IMG/VR virus record: IMGVR_UViG_3300036715_003906
Span: 186,001-250,000 of that record
DNA: 64,000 nucleotides
Strand: one strand, 5' to 3'
The notes under the pieces were generated by a model. That model was given only the letters and a program-made list of their open reading frames with translations. It was not told where the DNA came from and did not search any database. The position numbers and the translations under genes are program-made. This document shows, one piece after another, positions 1-12,064 of the stretch (positions are counted from its first letter, which is position 1; the number at the start of each line of letters is the position of its first letter).

Positions 1-522
1 GCCGGCATCCGCGCCCCCCTCGGTCGCCATGGTCCGCTCGTCCCCGTACATGGCTCCGGTGCGGATCTCGGCGTCGATGATGGACCGTTGGAGCTTGATC
101 TCGCCCATGGTCGCCGTGAGCTGCTTGTGCTGGTGCCGGACGATCTTGTCGACGTACTTGAGGTCCTGGGCCTCTGTCTTGAGACTCTCGACGGTCTGCC
201 GCCGGGCCGCCAGCATCACGGACACGGTCGACTTGCGGTCCTCGATGTTCGGGAGCCTCCGTACCCGCTCATCGTTCGCGAGCAAGTTGTCGGACTCCAC
301 CTGGTAGGCGACCTCGGCCAGCCGCAAGGCGGACGCGACCCGGTGGTCCTCCCGGTGGATCTCCCGCATGACCCGGTCGAGGTCGTTCAGGTAGTTGCGG
401 CAGGTCGCGATGAGGGTCTGGAGGTAGGTCGTCCCCCGGCTACGGGGGTCGGGGTCTAGCTGGATGACCTTCCTCTCCAGCAGGTCGTAGATCTCGGCGA
501 TCCGTTCGGTGGTCAGGGGCAT
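1..522 (-). CDS. Coiled-coil hypothetical protein (runs off window; possibly UvsY-like)
   Basis: Open frame from ATG 522 (MPLTTERIAEIYDLLE...) with GC3-rich codons, downstream of recD2; not in ORF track because 3' end is outside the window. Confidence 0.6.
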   Translation of the reverse strand, partial: MPLTTERIAEIYDLLERKVIQLDPDPRSRGTTYLQTLIATCRNYLNDLDRVMREIHREDHRVASALRLAEVAYQVESDNLLANDERVRRLPNIEDRKSTVSVMLAARRQTVESLKTEAQDLKYVDKIVRHQHKQLTATMGEIKLQRSIIDAEIRTGAMYGDERTMATEGGADAG

Positions 523-553
523 GGAAGCCTCGGCGATGGGGGAAAAGACAGCG

Positions 554-2755
554 TCATACCGGGTCGACTACACCGGCGAGGGCCCGCGTGAGGGCCCAGC
601 AGAAGCCCGTGTACCGGTAGAACACCCGGTCGTTTTCCACGGCTTTCTGCAAGGCCCCAGGCTCCCCGAGGACCCAGACCTTGTGACGGGCACGCGTGAT
701 GGCCGTGTAGAGCAGGTTGCGCTGGAGCATCCGGCCGTGGGCCCGGACCACGGGGAAGATCACGGTGTCGAACTCCGACCCCTGGCTCTTGTGGACCGTG
801 ATGGCATAGGCCAGCCGGAGCTTCTCCGGAGCCTCGTCCCGGGGGATGTCGACGACCGTGTCCATGCCCCCCTTGGCCCCGTGGATGCGAACCTTGAGGT
901 TCTTGGCGGTGACGTCCACGAGCTTGCCCATGTCCCCGTTGTAGAGCGACAGCTCGTAGTCGTTCTTGATCACCATGATCCGGTCCCCGACCCTCATGTG
1001 CAGGCCCCCCGCCTTCCACGAGGGCTGGTTGCGGTCCGGGTTGAGCGCCTCCCGGAGCCGCTCGTTCAGGTTCGTCACGCCCGTCGTGCCGTCGTACTTC
1101 GGGGAGAGCACCTGGAAGTTGGCGTCCCGCGCCTTGAGCCGAAGGGCCATCTCCACGATGAGATCCGCGATCACGTCCTCACGGGCCGGGACGAACTGGA
1201 AGTCGGACGCCGCCGGCTGGTTCAGGTCGAGGAGCGCCCCCCGGTGAATCTGGTGGGAAGCCCGCACGATGGCGCTGCTCTCGGCCTGCCGGAAGATCTG
1301 CGTCAGACGAACGTGAGGGATGCCCTCGCAGTCCATCAGCTCCCGGAGGACGTTCCCCGGGCCCACGCTAGGGAGCTGGGCGTCGTCCCCGACGAGGACG
1401 AGGAAAGCCCCCGGCGTCAGGGCGTCGAGGAGCCGGTGGAAAAGCTCCATGTCGACCATCGACATCTCGTCCACGATGACCGCCCGGGCCGAGAACTTGT
1501 TGTGGGCGTCGTAAACCCAGGCCGACCCGTCATAGCCGAGGGTCCGATGAATCGTGGCCGCCGCGTGCCCCGTGAGACCCGCCAGACGCTTCGCAGCGAT
1601 GCCCGTCGGGGCCATGAGGCTCACCGGCACCCCGAGGCGCTTGAAGAGGGCACAGAGCGCCCGCACGAGGGTCGTCTTGCCCGTCCCCGGGAGACCCGTG
1701 AGGACCAGGACCCGTCCCTCGATGAGCTTCCGCACCCCGTCCTGCTGGGCCTCGGAAAGCTGGAGCCGGTTCTGCTGCTGGTACGATTCGAGGAACTCCT
1801 CGACGGACACGTCCGCCACGACCTTCTCGGCCTGAATGAACAGCGCCAGGATCCTGGCGCTGTCCCGCTCGAAACGCCAGTACCGGGGCAGGTAGATACC
1901 CGAGACCGGGTCGTGCTTCACGACCCCCGACGCCGTCATCTTGTCGAGCACCTGCTGGACGTCCTCGGCCAGGGTCTCGCCGAAGGGGTCGATCGTCTCC
2001 GACAAGACCAGGTTCTCCAGGGCGAGGGGGATGGTCGGCCGCGGGAGGCACAGGTGCCCCTGCGTCGCGGCCTCGTGAAGCGTGTGCAGGAGGGCACCCT
2101 CGAGCCGCCTCGGATCCCCGCGGTCCACGCCGAGCTGGAGGCCCAGGGTGTCGGCCTGGGCGAAGGGGAAGCCAGGGACCGCCACAAGCCGGTAGGGGTT
2201 CTCCTTGACGACCGCCAGGGCCTCGGACCCGAAGACAGCATAGATCCCACGGATGACCTCGGGCCGTAGACGAAGGTCGATGAGGTACGAAGCCAGATCC
2301 CTCTGGGCCCGCGCCTCTGCCCAGCCCCGGATCAAGCGCCGGAGGGTCTCGTCCTCGTTCGTCCCGGGCTCCGCGAGGGCCAGAACCTCCTCGGGCCGCT
2401 CCGACAGGGCCACGAAGGGGTCCGTGAAGGCCATGGCCACCTTGTTCGCGACCGTATCGGAGATCACCCACGACAGGCAGCGCTGGAGGAAGGACGAGGC
2501 CAGGGCCGTGCTGGGGGCATAGGGCTCCCACCCCTCGATCCGAAGCTGGACGCCGTACTTCGGGTGCGTGATCCAGGACCCCCTCAGGCCCACGCTCACC
2601 CCGGGCGGGAGCTGCCCGAGACCGTAGATGGCCCCGGCCGCCGTCGCGAAGGAAGGGCAAGCCCCGCCTTCGGACCGGTGGACGTGGAGGCGGAGCACCA
2701 CATAGGTGGGCTCGTGAAAGAAGACCCGTTCAACAATCCCTTCGATGTACGGCAC
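554..2755 (-). CDS. recD2: RecD2-like SF1B DNA helicase
   Basis: Walker A GLPGTGKT, VDEMSM, GDDAQLPSVGPG, LAYAITVHKSQGSEF, N-terminal YGVQ and ENPYRL motifs. Confidence 0.95.
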   Translation of the reverse strand: MPYIEGIVERVFFHEPTYVVLRLHVHRSEGGACPSFATAAGAIYGLGQLPPGVSVGLRGSWITHPKYGVQLRIEGWEPYAPSTALASSFLQRCLSWVISDTVANKVAMAFTDPFVALSERPEEVLALAEPGTNEDETLRRLIRGWAEARAQRDLASYLIDLRLRPEVIRGIYAVFGSEALAVVKENPYRLVAVPGFPFAQADTLGLQLGVDRGDPRRLEGALLHTLHEAATQGHLCLPRPTIPLALENLVLSETIDPFGETLAEDVQQVLDKMTASGVVKHDPVSGIYLPRYWRFERDSARILALFIQAEKVVADVSVEEFLESYQQQNRLQLSEAQQDGVRKLIEGRVLVLTGLPGTGKTTLVRALCALFKRLGVPVSLMAPTGIAAKRLAGLTGHAAATIHRTLGYDGSAWVYDAHNKFSARAVIVDEMSMVDMELFHRLLDALTPGAFLVLVGDDAQLPSVGPGNVLRELMDCEGIPHVRLTQIFRQAESSAIVRASHQIHRGALLDLNQPAASDFQFVPAREDVIADLIVEMALRLKARDANFQVLSPKYDGTTGVTNLNERLREALNPDRNQPSWKAGGLHMRVGDRIMVIKNDYELSLYNGDMGKLVDVTAKNLKVRIHGAKGGMDTVVDIPRDEAPEKLRLAYAITVHKSQGSEFDTVIFPVVRAHGRMLQRNLLYTAITRARHKVWVLGEPGALQKAVENDRVFYRYTGFCWALTRALAGVVDPV

Positions 2756-2796
2756 GCCAGAACCTACACCAGAACCCCCCCGGGGTCGACGGCGGG

Positions 2797-4509
2797 CTAC
2801 CCCTCACACGCCGAGCATTCGGCCTTGCTGCGGCTGGCGAGGTCGCCCCGGAGGACGCCCTCCGTCCGCAGGTAGTAGAGGGTCTTGAGACCCTCCTCCC
2901 AGGCCGCCAGGTGGACCTCGTGGATGTACTGGGGCGTCGAGTTGGACGCGAAGAACAGATTGACGCTCTGGGACTGGTCGATCCACCGCTGGCGCTGCCC
3001 CGCCTGCTTCACGATGGCGTGCTGGTTAATCTCACGGGCCGTGAGGAAGATCTGCTTCTCGTCCGCCGACAGGACGTCGAGGTGCTGGACCGACCCGGAG
3101 AACTCGTTGATCGACTTCCAGACGGCGGGCGTGTCCAGGTCCCGGGAGGCGAGGAGCCGCCGGAGCGTGTGGTTCTTGCGGATGAAGGTCCCCTTGGCGC
3201 TCTTGAGGCTGAAGATGTTAGCCGCCAGGGGCTCGATGCCCGCCGACTGCCCCCCGCTGATCGCGGAGTTGCTGACCGTGGGGGCCACGGCGAGCAGGTG
3301 GGTGTGCCGTCGGCCGTGGCCCTGGCACCACGAGGGCTCCCCCAGCTCCCGGGCCATCACCGCGCTCTCCTCCTCGGCCTTCCTGCGGAGGGTACGGAAG
3401 ATCTCGGCGTTCAGGGACATCGCCCCGAACGAGTCGAAGGGGAGCCCGCGCTCCTGGAGCAGCGAGTGCCAGCCGAGGACCCCGATCCCGAGGGCACGGC
3501 CGGCCAGGGCGCTCCGCCGGCTGGCCTCCAGGCCCGTGACGCCCTCGCTCTTGAGGATGTACTCGCTGAGCACGGCGTCGAGGAACCGGACCGTGGTCTC
3601 GACGAGCGTGCTGTCCTTCCACTCCTCCCACCTGACCAGGTTGAGCGAGGAGAGGCAGCACACGAAGGAGTGCTCCGTATCCGTGTAGAGCGTGATTTCC
3701 GTGCAGATGTTCGATGTCTTGATGACCATGCCCCGGTCCCGGTAAGCCGGCGGGTTCGACCGGTTGACCGCGTCCTCGAAGAACAGGTACGGCTCCCCCG
3801 TCTCGACCCGGGCCCGCAGGATCTCGGCCCACATCTTCCGCTTGTGGGCGTCCCCGGCGACGAGGCTCTGCATCCACTTGTCGGAGAGGGTGAACCCGTG
3901 ATGCACGTTGAGGCACCGCCGGTTCAGGTCCCCGATGGGGCGCCGCATCTGGAGGAACTCCTCCGCGTCCGGGTGGGTGACGGGCAGGTAGAGCGCGCAA
4001 GCACCCCGCCGGGTCGTGCCCTGGCTGACCGACGACGTCGTGACGTCGTAGACCTTGCTCCAGGGGATGACGCCCTCGCTCGACCCGTTGCCCCGGATGG
4101 GGGCCCCCCGGTGCCGGACGTCCCCCATGTACACCCCGACGCCGGCCCCGTTCTTCGACAGGATCGCCAGCTCGTGGTTCTTCTGGAAGATCGAGTCGAC
4201 CGAGTCATCGACGTGGATCGAGTTGCACGAGATGGGCAGGCCCCGATCGGTCCCCATGTTCGAGAGCACAGGGGAGGCCGGGCACAGCCAGTTCTTCCAC
4301 ATCGCGTCGAAGAAGCGGGCCTCCCACTGAGCCGCGGCGGTCCCGTAGTAGAGGGACGCAGCCCGGGCGACCCGAAGGTACATCCCCCGGGGGGTCTCGC
4401 CGGGGAGCATGTAGCCCCCCTGCAAGGTCGACAGCCCCTCGTCCCCCATCCAGAGGGGGGCCTCACCGGCGCGCTGGAGCGCCACGAGGTCCAGGTTCGG
4501 GTCAATCAT
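2797..4509 (-). CDS. nrdA: Class Ia ribonucleotide reductase alpha subunit
   Basis: PASPVLSN, PISC, SNICTEI, CCLSSLNL, APTVS, IDQSQSVN, LKTLYY, C-terminal CSACEG; start MIDPNL overlaps the nrdB stop. Confidence 0.95.
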   Translation of the reverse strand: MIDPNLDLVALQRAGEAPLWMGDEGLSTLQGGYMLPGETPRGMYLRVARAASLYYGTAAAQWEARFFDAMWKNWLCPASPVLSNMGTDRGLPISCNSIHVDDSVDSIFQKNHELAILSKNGAGVGVYMGDVRHRGAPIRGNGSSEGVIPWSKVYDVTTSSVSQGTTRRGACALYLPVTHPDAEEFLQMRRPIGDLNRRCLNVHHGFTLSDKWMQSLVAGDAHKRKMWAEILRARVETGEPYLFFEDAVNRSNPPAYRDRGMVIKTSNICTEITLYTDTEHSFVCCLSSLNLVRWEEWKDSTLVETTVRFLDAVLSEYILKSEGVTGLEASRRSALAGRALGIGVLGWHSLLQERGLPFDSFGAMSLNAEIFRTLRRKAEEESAVMARELGEPSWCQGHGRRHTHLLAVAPTVSNSAISGGQSAGIEPLAANIFSLKSAKGTFIRKNHTLRRLLASRDLDTPAVWKSINEFSGSVQHLDVLSADEKQIFLTAREINQHAIVKQAGQRQRWIDQSQSVNLFFASNSTPQYIHEVHLAAWEEGLKTLYYLRTEGVLRGDLASRSKAECSACEG

Positions 4510-5552
4510 TCGGCCGCCTCCGGCATACGCCACGACGCGGAAGCGGGGGCGGGGGTGAGGGTGGGGGTGTCCCACACGTTCGTGAAGTCCATGACGCCCT
4601 TCGAGTAATCGGTGACGCGGGAGGCAAAGAAGTCCGCGTGGGTCACCCCCGCCGAGAGCACGTCGAACCACGCCATGCGCGCCATGGCGCTCCCGTCGAT
4701 GTCCAGCCAGAGCGGGGCGAGCCCGAGGTCGGCGAGCTTCGTGTTGGTCCGGTAGCGGATGAAGGTGCGGAGGTCCTCCTCGGTCAGACCCTGGGTCGAG
4801 CCGACCGAGTACGCCTGATGAATGAAGGCGTCCTCCAGCTCGACCGTGACCCGGGCCGCCTCCGCGATCTCCGCCCGCATCTCGTCGTCGAGCAGGCCGG
4901 GGTTCTCGGCCACCAGCGTGCGGAAGAGCCAGCACCCCGCCTCCGAGTGCAAGGACTCGTCCTTGATCGAGAAGGCGATGATCTGCCCGACCCCCTTCAG
5001 CTTGTTGAAGCGGGAGAAGTTCAGCAGGATCGCGAAGGACGAGAAGAGGTTGACCCCCTCGTTGAAGGCCGAGAAGACCGCCAGGGACCGGGCAATCTCC
5101 CGCAGCGTCGTCCCCTTGGTCGCGACGAGCCGGTCGATCTTCGCCTTGGCCGAGGGGTCCTCCAGGAAGGCGTCGAAGTCCTCCAGGCCGAGGGAGGTGT
5201 TGAGCAGGGCGTAGGAGACCGCGTGGACCGACTCCATGGACGCAAAAGCCGCCCCCATCATCTGCACCTCGGGCTTGCCGAACCACGCCGAGATCTTCTG
5301 GCTCCAGTATTCCTGGATGGAGACCTCCGATTGGACGAAGCCCTTGAGGATGTGCCCGATCAGGTTCTGCTCCCCGCTCGTCAGGAGCATCTTCCAGTCG
5401 TTGACGTCCGACGAGAGATTGATCTCCGAGGGGACCCAGTGCGACTGCTGCTGCTTCTGCCAGTAGGAGTACGCCTCGGGGTACTCGAAGGGGGCGTAGG
5501 TAGCCCGGGGACGGAGGAGAGACTTGGGGGCAGACTTCGGCGACGCTTCCAT
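4506..5552 (-). CDS. nrdB: Class Ia ribonucleotide reductase beta subunit
   Basis: HWVPSEI, ESVHAVSY, EGVNLFSSF, DESLH, DFF..RVTDY. Confidence 0.95.
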   Translation of the reverse strand: MEASPKSAPKSLLRPRATYAPFEYPEAYSYWQKQQQSHWVPSEINLSSDVNDWKMLLTSGEQNLIGHILKGFVQSEVSIQEYWSQKISAWFGKPEVQMMGAAFASMESVHAVSYALLNTSLGLEDFDAFLEDPSAKAKIDRLVATKGTTLREIARSLAVFSAFNEGVNLFSSFAILLNFSRFNKLKGVGQIIAFSIKDESLHSEAGCWLFRTLVAENPGLLDDEMRAEIAEAARVTVELEDAFIHQAYSVGSTQGLTEEDLRTFIRYRTNTKLADLGLAPLWLDIDGSAMARMAWFDVLSAGVTHADFFASRVTDYSKGVMDFTNVWDTPTLTPAPASASWRMPEAAE

Positions 5553-5563
5553 GGATTTTTACC

Positions 5564-6529
5564 TCACCCTGCGATTGCAAGAACGGTCAACTCAACCCGG
5601 GTCCGCTTGGACGTGACGGACCCCTTCACCTCGACATCGAGACGCCGGAGCCGCGCCATGTGGCCGACGAGACTCGCGGTGGTGTGCCGACGGACCATCG
5701 GAAGAAAGTGGGTCCGGCACCGCCACGGGTTCATCCCGACGGCCAGCGCGATCTCCTCCTCCGGGGCCCGGGCGTCGAGCATCTGACGAGCCACCAGGGC
5801 CTTCTCGATCGGCCGCATGAGACCGATGACGATCGGGACGTGGGCCTCGTCCCCCAGGGTCCGGTAGACCAGGGAGAGCTTGTCCATCGCCTTGACCGCC
5901 TGGCGACCGAGCGCGGCCTCCCCGACCTCGAAAGGGGAGGCCGGGAACACGGGGGCGACCACGCGGGTGAGGTCCGCCATCTCGACCTTCTTGCCCCCGG
6001 CGAGACGGACGAGCTTCCCCAGCTCGCTCGCGAGGACGTAGAGGTCATCCCCGATCAGGGAGAAGAGCCGGTCCGCCACACCATCCCCGAGGCTCGCCCC
6101 GAGGCGCACAGCCTCCGTGACCAGCCAACGGACAACCTCGTTGTTGTTGTCCCATGTCTTGAGCTTCCGGTGCTCCGTCACCTTGCCGTGCCGGCCCATC
6201 TTGGCCCACGCCTCGGGGAGCTTCGCCCCCCGTACGATGACCACGAGGACCTCGCCCGCCTTTGCCTCCGCACGCCCCTCGACGTAGGACGGAAGGACCT
6301 TGGCCACCTTGACCTCCTCCGCGTGATCCACGAGGATCAGGCGGCCCTGCCCCTCCAGCGAGACGCTCTGGCAGGCGTCCACGATCTCCGTCTCCGTGAC
6401 CTTGTCCCCGTCGAGCGAAACCACGTCCCGACCCTTCCACGCCAAGATCCGCTGCCGGTCCTGGTCGAGCAAGTAGTCCTCCGCCCCATAGGCGAGCAAA
6501 AAGGGCACGTACCTCTGCGCCTTCGCCAT
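5564..6529 (-). CDS. holA: DNA polymerase III delta (clamp loader) subunit
   Basis: YGAEDYLL N-terminus, GDDLYVLASELGKL, C-terminal LDVEVKG; adjacent to holB. Confidence 0.85.
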   Translation of the reverse strand: MAKAQRYVPFLLAYGAEDYLLDQDRQRILAWKGRDVVSLDGDKVTETEIVDACQSVSLEGQGRLILVDHAEEVKVAKVLPSYVEGRAEAKAGEVLVVIVRGAKLPEAWAKMGRHGKVTEHRKLKTWDNNNEVVRWLVTEAVRLGASLGDGVADRLFSLIGDDLYVLASELGKLVRLAGGKKVEMADLTRVVAPVFPASPFEVGEAALGRQAVKAMDKLSLVYRTLGDEAHVPIVIGLMRPIEKALVARQMLDARAPEEEIALAVGMNPWRCRTHFLPMVRRHTTASLVGHMARLRRLDVEVKGSVTSKRTRVELTVLAIAG

Positions 6530-6532
6530 GGC

Positions 6533-7489
6533 TCAACCCCCGAGGAAGGCTTCGGCGAAGATCGACTTGAGATGAAAGGGAACCTGGATCTTGGTGGCCC
6601 GGCGATCGGCCGCCATCCCCCGCAACATCACCCGCAACGAGTCCCACCCACGCCTCGGCCCCTTGGGCCCCAGCTCGCGCAGGTCCCCCAGGCGGTCTTG
6701 GTTGAGGCAGCGGTCGGGGCAGGTGGGCAGCATGAGGAGGTCGTGAAGCAAGAGGTCGAGGAAGTGGCAACCGAGGTCGATGTCGCGCTCCAGGCTGTCC
6801 ACCAGGGAAAAGGTGGCCTGTAGGTCTCGCCGGGAGGCGGCCTGGAGGAGCGACAGGATCTTGTCACGCAGGACCAGCTTGCCTCCGCCCCAGAACTGGA
6901 GCGCCCGGCCAACCGACCCTTCGCTCAGACGACTGATGACAAGTGCTTTGTCGGTGTCGGGTTCGTGCTGCGAAAGCACCGATTGCACGAAGGCTAGCGG
7001 TAGGGGCAAAAAGAATACCTCCCCACACCTCGACCGGATCGTGGGGATCACGGCGTGAATGTCGTGGGCAAGGAGGAAAAAGCGGGCGAAGGGCGGGGGC
7101 TCTTCGAGGGTCTTGAGGAGGGCCCCCGCGGCGGCGGGGGTCAGGCGATCGACCCCCTCCAGGATGACCACCCTGAAGGCCCCCTGGGACGGGTAATCGA
7201 GGAGCGACGCGAGGACCTCACGGACGGCCTCGACCCCGATGTCCTTCTCCCCCGCCCGCACCTGCACCACGTCCGGGTGAACGTCCTGCCGGATCTGTTC
7301 GCAGTTCAGGCAGGCGCAAGCGTAGGTACGGTCCCCGGTGCAGAGGAGCGTGCGCGTCGTGAACACCGCCCCGGTCCTCCGTCCCGTACCCTCCGGACCA
7401 TGCAGGATCAAGGGGCGCGTCAGCCGGCCACTCACCACCGCGGCGAGGTAACGTGCCGCCGTCTTCTGTCCGACAATCCGATCGAGCAC
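6533..7489 (-). CDS. holB: DNA polymerase III delta-prime subunit
   Basis: IVGQ, GPEGTGR, Zn-finger cysteines, HPDV, ALLKTLEEPP, PTIRSRC; GTG start after GGAGG. Confidence 0.92.
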   Translation of the reverse strand: MLDRIVGQKTAARYLAAVVSGRLTRPLILHGPEGTGRRTGAVFTTRTLLCTGDRTYACACLNCEQIRQDVHPDVVQVRAGEKDIGVEAVREVLASLLDYPSQGAFRVVILEGVDRLTPAAAGALLKTLEEPPPFARFFLLAHDIHAVIPTIRSRCGEVFFLPLPLAFVQSVLSQHEPDTDKALVISRLSEGSVGRALQFWGGGKLVLRDKILSLLQAASRRDLQATFSLVDSLERDIDLGCHFLDLLLHDLLMLPTCPDRCLNQDRLGDLRELGPKGPRRGWDSLRVMLRGMAADRRATKIQVPFHLKSIFAEAFLGG

Positions 7490-7664
7490 CAGGGGCCTCC
7501 GGTCGTTCCATGAGCTGTGGGCGACGGAGGGGGGGAACCGCTTGCAGGTGGAACACGGCCAGGAAGTTCTGACCGCATCCCTGACACACAAACCGGTGGG
7601 GTTCCTGACCACTCGCCGCGAGGAAGGAGCGGCAGGCTGTACACCGCATCATTCCCTCATCCAC
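7449..7664 (-). CDS. Small Zn-ribbon protein (end drawn at in-frame TTA; canonical stop only at 7218)
   Basis: CTAC...CQGC; start overlaps the upstream stop. Confidence 0.55.
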
Positions 7665-8475
7665 GGAGACGCCCCTGCTGTCCGAGGAAGCCCTGGACCT
7701 CGCGGTAGGGGACCAGGTCCGGGAGCTTGTCCCCGAGGGCCTGCTGCGACGTCTCGGCAACCCAGGCGTCGATGCCCGCCTTCCCCCACGCCATGTAGTA
7801 GTACGAGGGGCCCGTGAAGTAGGACGCGATCCCGTCGGCGTACACCTTGGGGACCATGCCAAGGGTCCAGGCCGCCACGGCCAGGTTGACCGTGTAGCCC
7901 CGCTTCTCCCAGAAGGTTCGCCAGGGGGCCGGGAAGGGCGCAAGGGGGGCCAGGGCGAGCAGCAGGAGCAGGCCCTTGACCCAGCCGGTGAAGGCAAAGG
8001 CGAGCCCCACCCCGAGCGCGCCCCAGAGGATGTAGAGCAGGTAGGCGAGAGGGCTCCCCACGTAGACCGCCGCCAGGCCCCCCGTCACGGCACCCGCCAC
8101 GAGGCAGGCCAGGGGCCAGGAGTCCAGGCGAGCCGCCGCCACGTAGGCGAGGAGACCGAAGGGCGCCAGGATCTGGGGGAAGAGGTACGACAGGCTGAAC
8201 CAGAAGGGGTGAGCGGCGTGGTCGAGCAGGTGGACCCACTCGTGAGCGAGGACCGTGATGCTCCCCTTCGGGCTGCTCTCGTAGATCGCCCGGGAGGGGA
8301 AGTAGACCGTCGTCCCGAGCGTGGTCGTAAAACGCGTCATGAAGTCGCGATGGAAGGGCCGCACGAGGCCCCCGAGCACCCTCATCCACCCGACCTCGTC
8401 CTTGAAGGCGACCCGGAACGCCGGGACCGACGCCCGCACCCTGTCCTCGAACGCCCGCAGATCCGTTGTGTCCAT
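7657..8475 (-). CDS. Membrane protein with HEXXH zincin motif
   Basis: AHEWVH, hydrophobic segments, downstream WEKRGY. Confidence 0.7.
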   Translation of the reverse strand: MDTTDLRAFEDRVRASVPAFRVAFKDEVGWMRVLGGLVRPFHRDFMTRFTTTLGTTVYFPSRAIYESSPKGSITVLAHEWVHLLDHAAHPFWFSLSYLFPQILAPFGLLAYVAAARLDSWPLACLVAGAVTGGLAAVYVGSPLAYLLYILWGALGVGLAFAFTGWVKGLLLLLALAPLAPFPAPWRTFWEKRGYTVNLAVAAWTLGMVPKVYADGIASYFTGPSYYYMAWGKAGIDAWVAETSQQALGDKLPDLVPYREVQGFLGQQGRLRG

Positions 8476-8494
8476 CGGCGCCTCCCTCGGGGGG

Positions 8495-8713
8495 TTAGTA
8501 GACGAACTCACCGCCCAGGGCGATGCCCCAGGTGTGGTGGCAGGTGACGCACCGATAGAGGTGCTGGCCCGGCAGCGCCGTGGGGATCTTCAGCTCCTCG
8601 GCCACCACGCTCGTGCAACGAGAGTTCTTGCACCGGATGTTGACGGTCACGGGCTTTTCGGACTCGGCGGGGACAGCCAGGCCGGGAAGCGTTCCTTTGG
8701 GGTCGACGGTCAT
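8495..8713 (-). CDS. Zn-ribbon protein
   Basis: CKNSRC...YRCVTCHHTW. Confidence 0.65.
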   Translation of the reverse strand: MTVDPKGTLPGLAVPAESEKPVTVNIRCKNSRCTSVVAEELKIPTALPGQHLYRCVTCHHTWGIALGGEFVY

Positions 8714-8731
8714 CTCGGGTCTCCTCTGGAT

Positions 8732-9121
8732 CTAGTAGGTGCTGGTCGGGTAGTCGTCCGGGAAGAGCCGGCACAAGGTCCCGTACACGCGGTCGTACAG
8801 GCTGCCGCGCGCCGTGTCCAGAACCGCCACGTCCGCCGGGATGGACGACTCCCCCGCCTGGCCCGCCGGGAAGAGCTGAGGGGAGAAGGACCCGTCCGCC
8901 AGGTAGGGCTGGATCTTGGCCCAGTCCTCCCCGCGAACGTAGACGCCCACCTGACCGTCCTCCCGGTAGACGCGGACCCTATCCTGGTCCTCGATGACCA
9001 GCCGCCAGGACGTCGCCTGGTGGGTGATACGGGCGATGATCGCGTGGGCTACGGCCGGAAGGTCCGTTTGCCGTAGCCGCCCCACGCGGGTCCCTCGCCA
9101 GTAGCTCAGTCGCTCATCCAC
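8732..9121 (-). CDS. Hypothetical protein
   Basis: GC3-biased ORF in operon. Confidence 0.65.
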   Translation of the reverse strand: MDERLSYWRGTRVGRLRQTDLPAVAHAIIARITHQATSWRLVIEDQDRVRVYREDGQVGVYVRGEDWAKIQPYLADGSFSPQLFPAGQAGESSIPADVAVLDTARGSLYDRVYGTLCRLFPDDYPTSTY

Positions 9122-9145
9122 ATCCCCGAAGGGGGGACAAATGAA

Positions 9146-11184
<2,039 letters not shown>

Positions 11185-11219
11185 CCCCGTCTCCTACGGG
11201 AAGAGGCCCGCGGGCGCCA

Positions 11220-11582
11220 TCACTTCCGCCGGGGAATCAGCACCTTGAGCTTGGCCTCCGCCTTCTCGGTCGTCACCTGGCCACCCGACACGAGGGTCGT
11301 GTACCGGATCCGGACCTCACCCGCCCCGAGCGCCCGGGGCAGGGGCTGCTTCTGCTCGGCGAGCTTCACCGCCAGGACCAGGTGACGGGTCTCCTCGGCC
11401 AAGAGAGCCGGAACCCGCAAGGTCCAGGTCTTGTCCATCGGGTCCTTCTCGTGGTCGACGTCGCTCACCACCGCCGTGATGTGGTGCCCGGCGTGGGGCT
11501 CGACCTCGATGACGATGTCCGTCGCGCAGGAACGGTACGGGGACTCAAACCTCACGGTGTAGCCCCACACCCGGCGAGGCAT
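11220..11582 (-). CDS. Hypothetical beta-sandwich protein (resembles domain C-terminal to vWA domains)
   Basis: GGAGG RBS; alternating beta pattern; EETRHLVL motif. Confidence 0.5.
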   Translation of the reverse strand: MPRRVWGYTVRFESPYRSCATDIVIEVEPHAGHHITAVVSDVDHEKDPMDKTWTLRVPALLAEETRHLVLAVKLAEQKQPLPRALGAGEVRIRYTTLVSGGQVTTEKAEAKLKVLIPRRK

Positions 11583-11607
11583 AGCGGACCTCCGGCCAGG
11601 TGGCGAG

Positions 11608-12048
11608 TCAATCCCCGAGGAGGTGGTCGTAGACGGTCTTGGTCGAGACCGGGACGGGGGCCGGGGCCGGCTTCCGCTTCGGGGTCTTGACCCCTTTGCG
11701 CACGGGGGCCGGGGACGGCGCGGCTTCCGCGACACCGTCGTGGTTCTTGAGGAACCGGGGCACGCGGTCCCCCACGCTCGTGATGACCAGGTAGTAGATC
11801 TGGATGGCCGCCTGGATGAGTGAGAGGGGCAGGTGGGCGTAGTCATCACGGGACGCCAGCTCGATGACGAACCCCCGGATGGGATGCACCAGGACATGGC
11901 CCCCCGCGGGGAGGAGTTCTTGAACAGGCCGCAGGACCCCCAGGAGGAGCGTGGCGGTGTTCGCATCCCGGGGGCGGCGCACCGCATCTTCCAGTTGCTG
12001 GACGCGGCGAGTGATCTCGAGTTGGGGGAGAGGCAGGGGGGGAGGCAT
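11608..12048 (-). CDS. Hypothetical protein ending TVYDHLLGD
   Basis: GGTGTA motif 9 nt before ATG. Confidence 0.6.
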   Translation of the reverse strand: MPPPLPLPQLEITRRVQQLEDAVRRPRDANTATLLLGVLRPVQELLPAGGHVLVHPIRGFVIELASRDDYAHLPLSLIQAAIQIYYLVITSVGDRVPRFLKNHDGVAEAAPSPAPVRKGVKTPKRKPAPAPVPVSTKTVYDHLLGD

Positions 12049-12064
12049 CCCCCGGCTTACACCG

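Noticed and set aside
509-2269. Long antisense ORFs (also 2911-4608, 27907-29667, 60143-61681 and others)
   Set aside because: In-register shadows of real genes in high-GC DNA, with no motifs
2797-5580. 927-aa ORF as an extended NrdA
   Set aside because: The N-terminal ~357 aa are an off-frame read of nrdB; NrdA homology starts at MIDPNL (4509)
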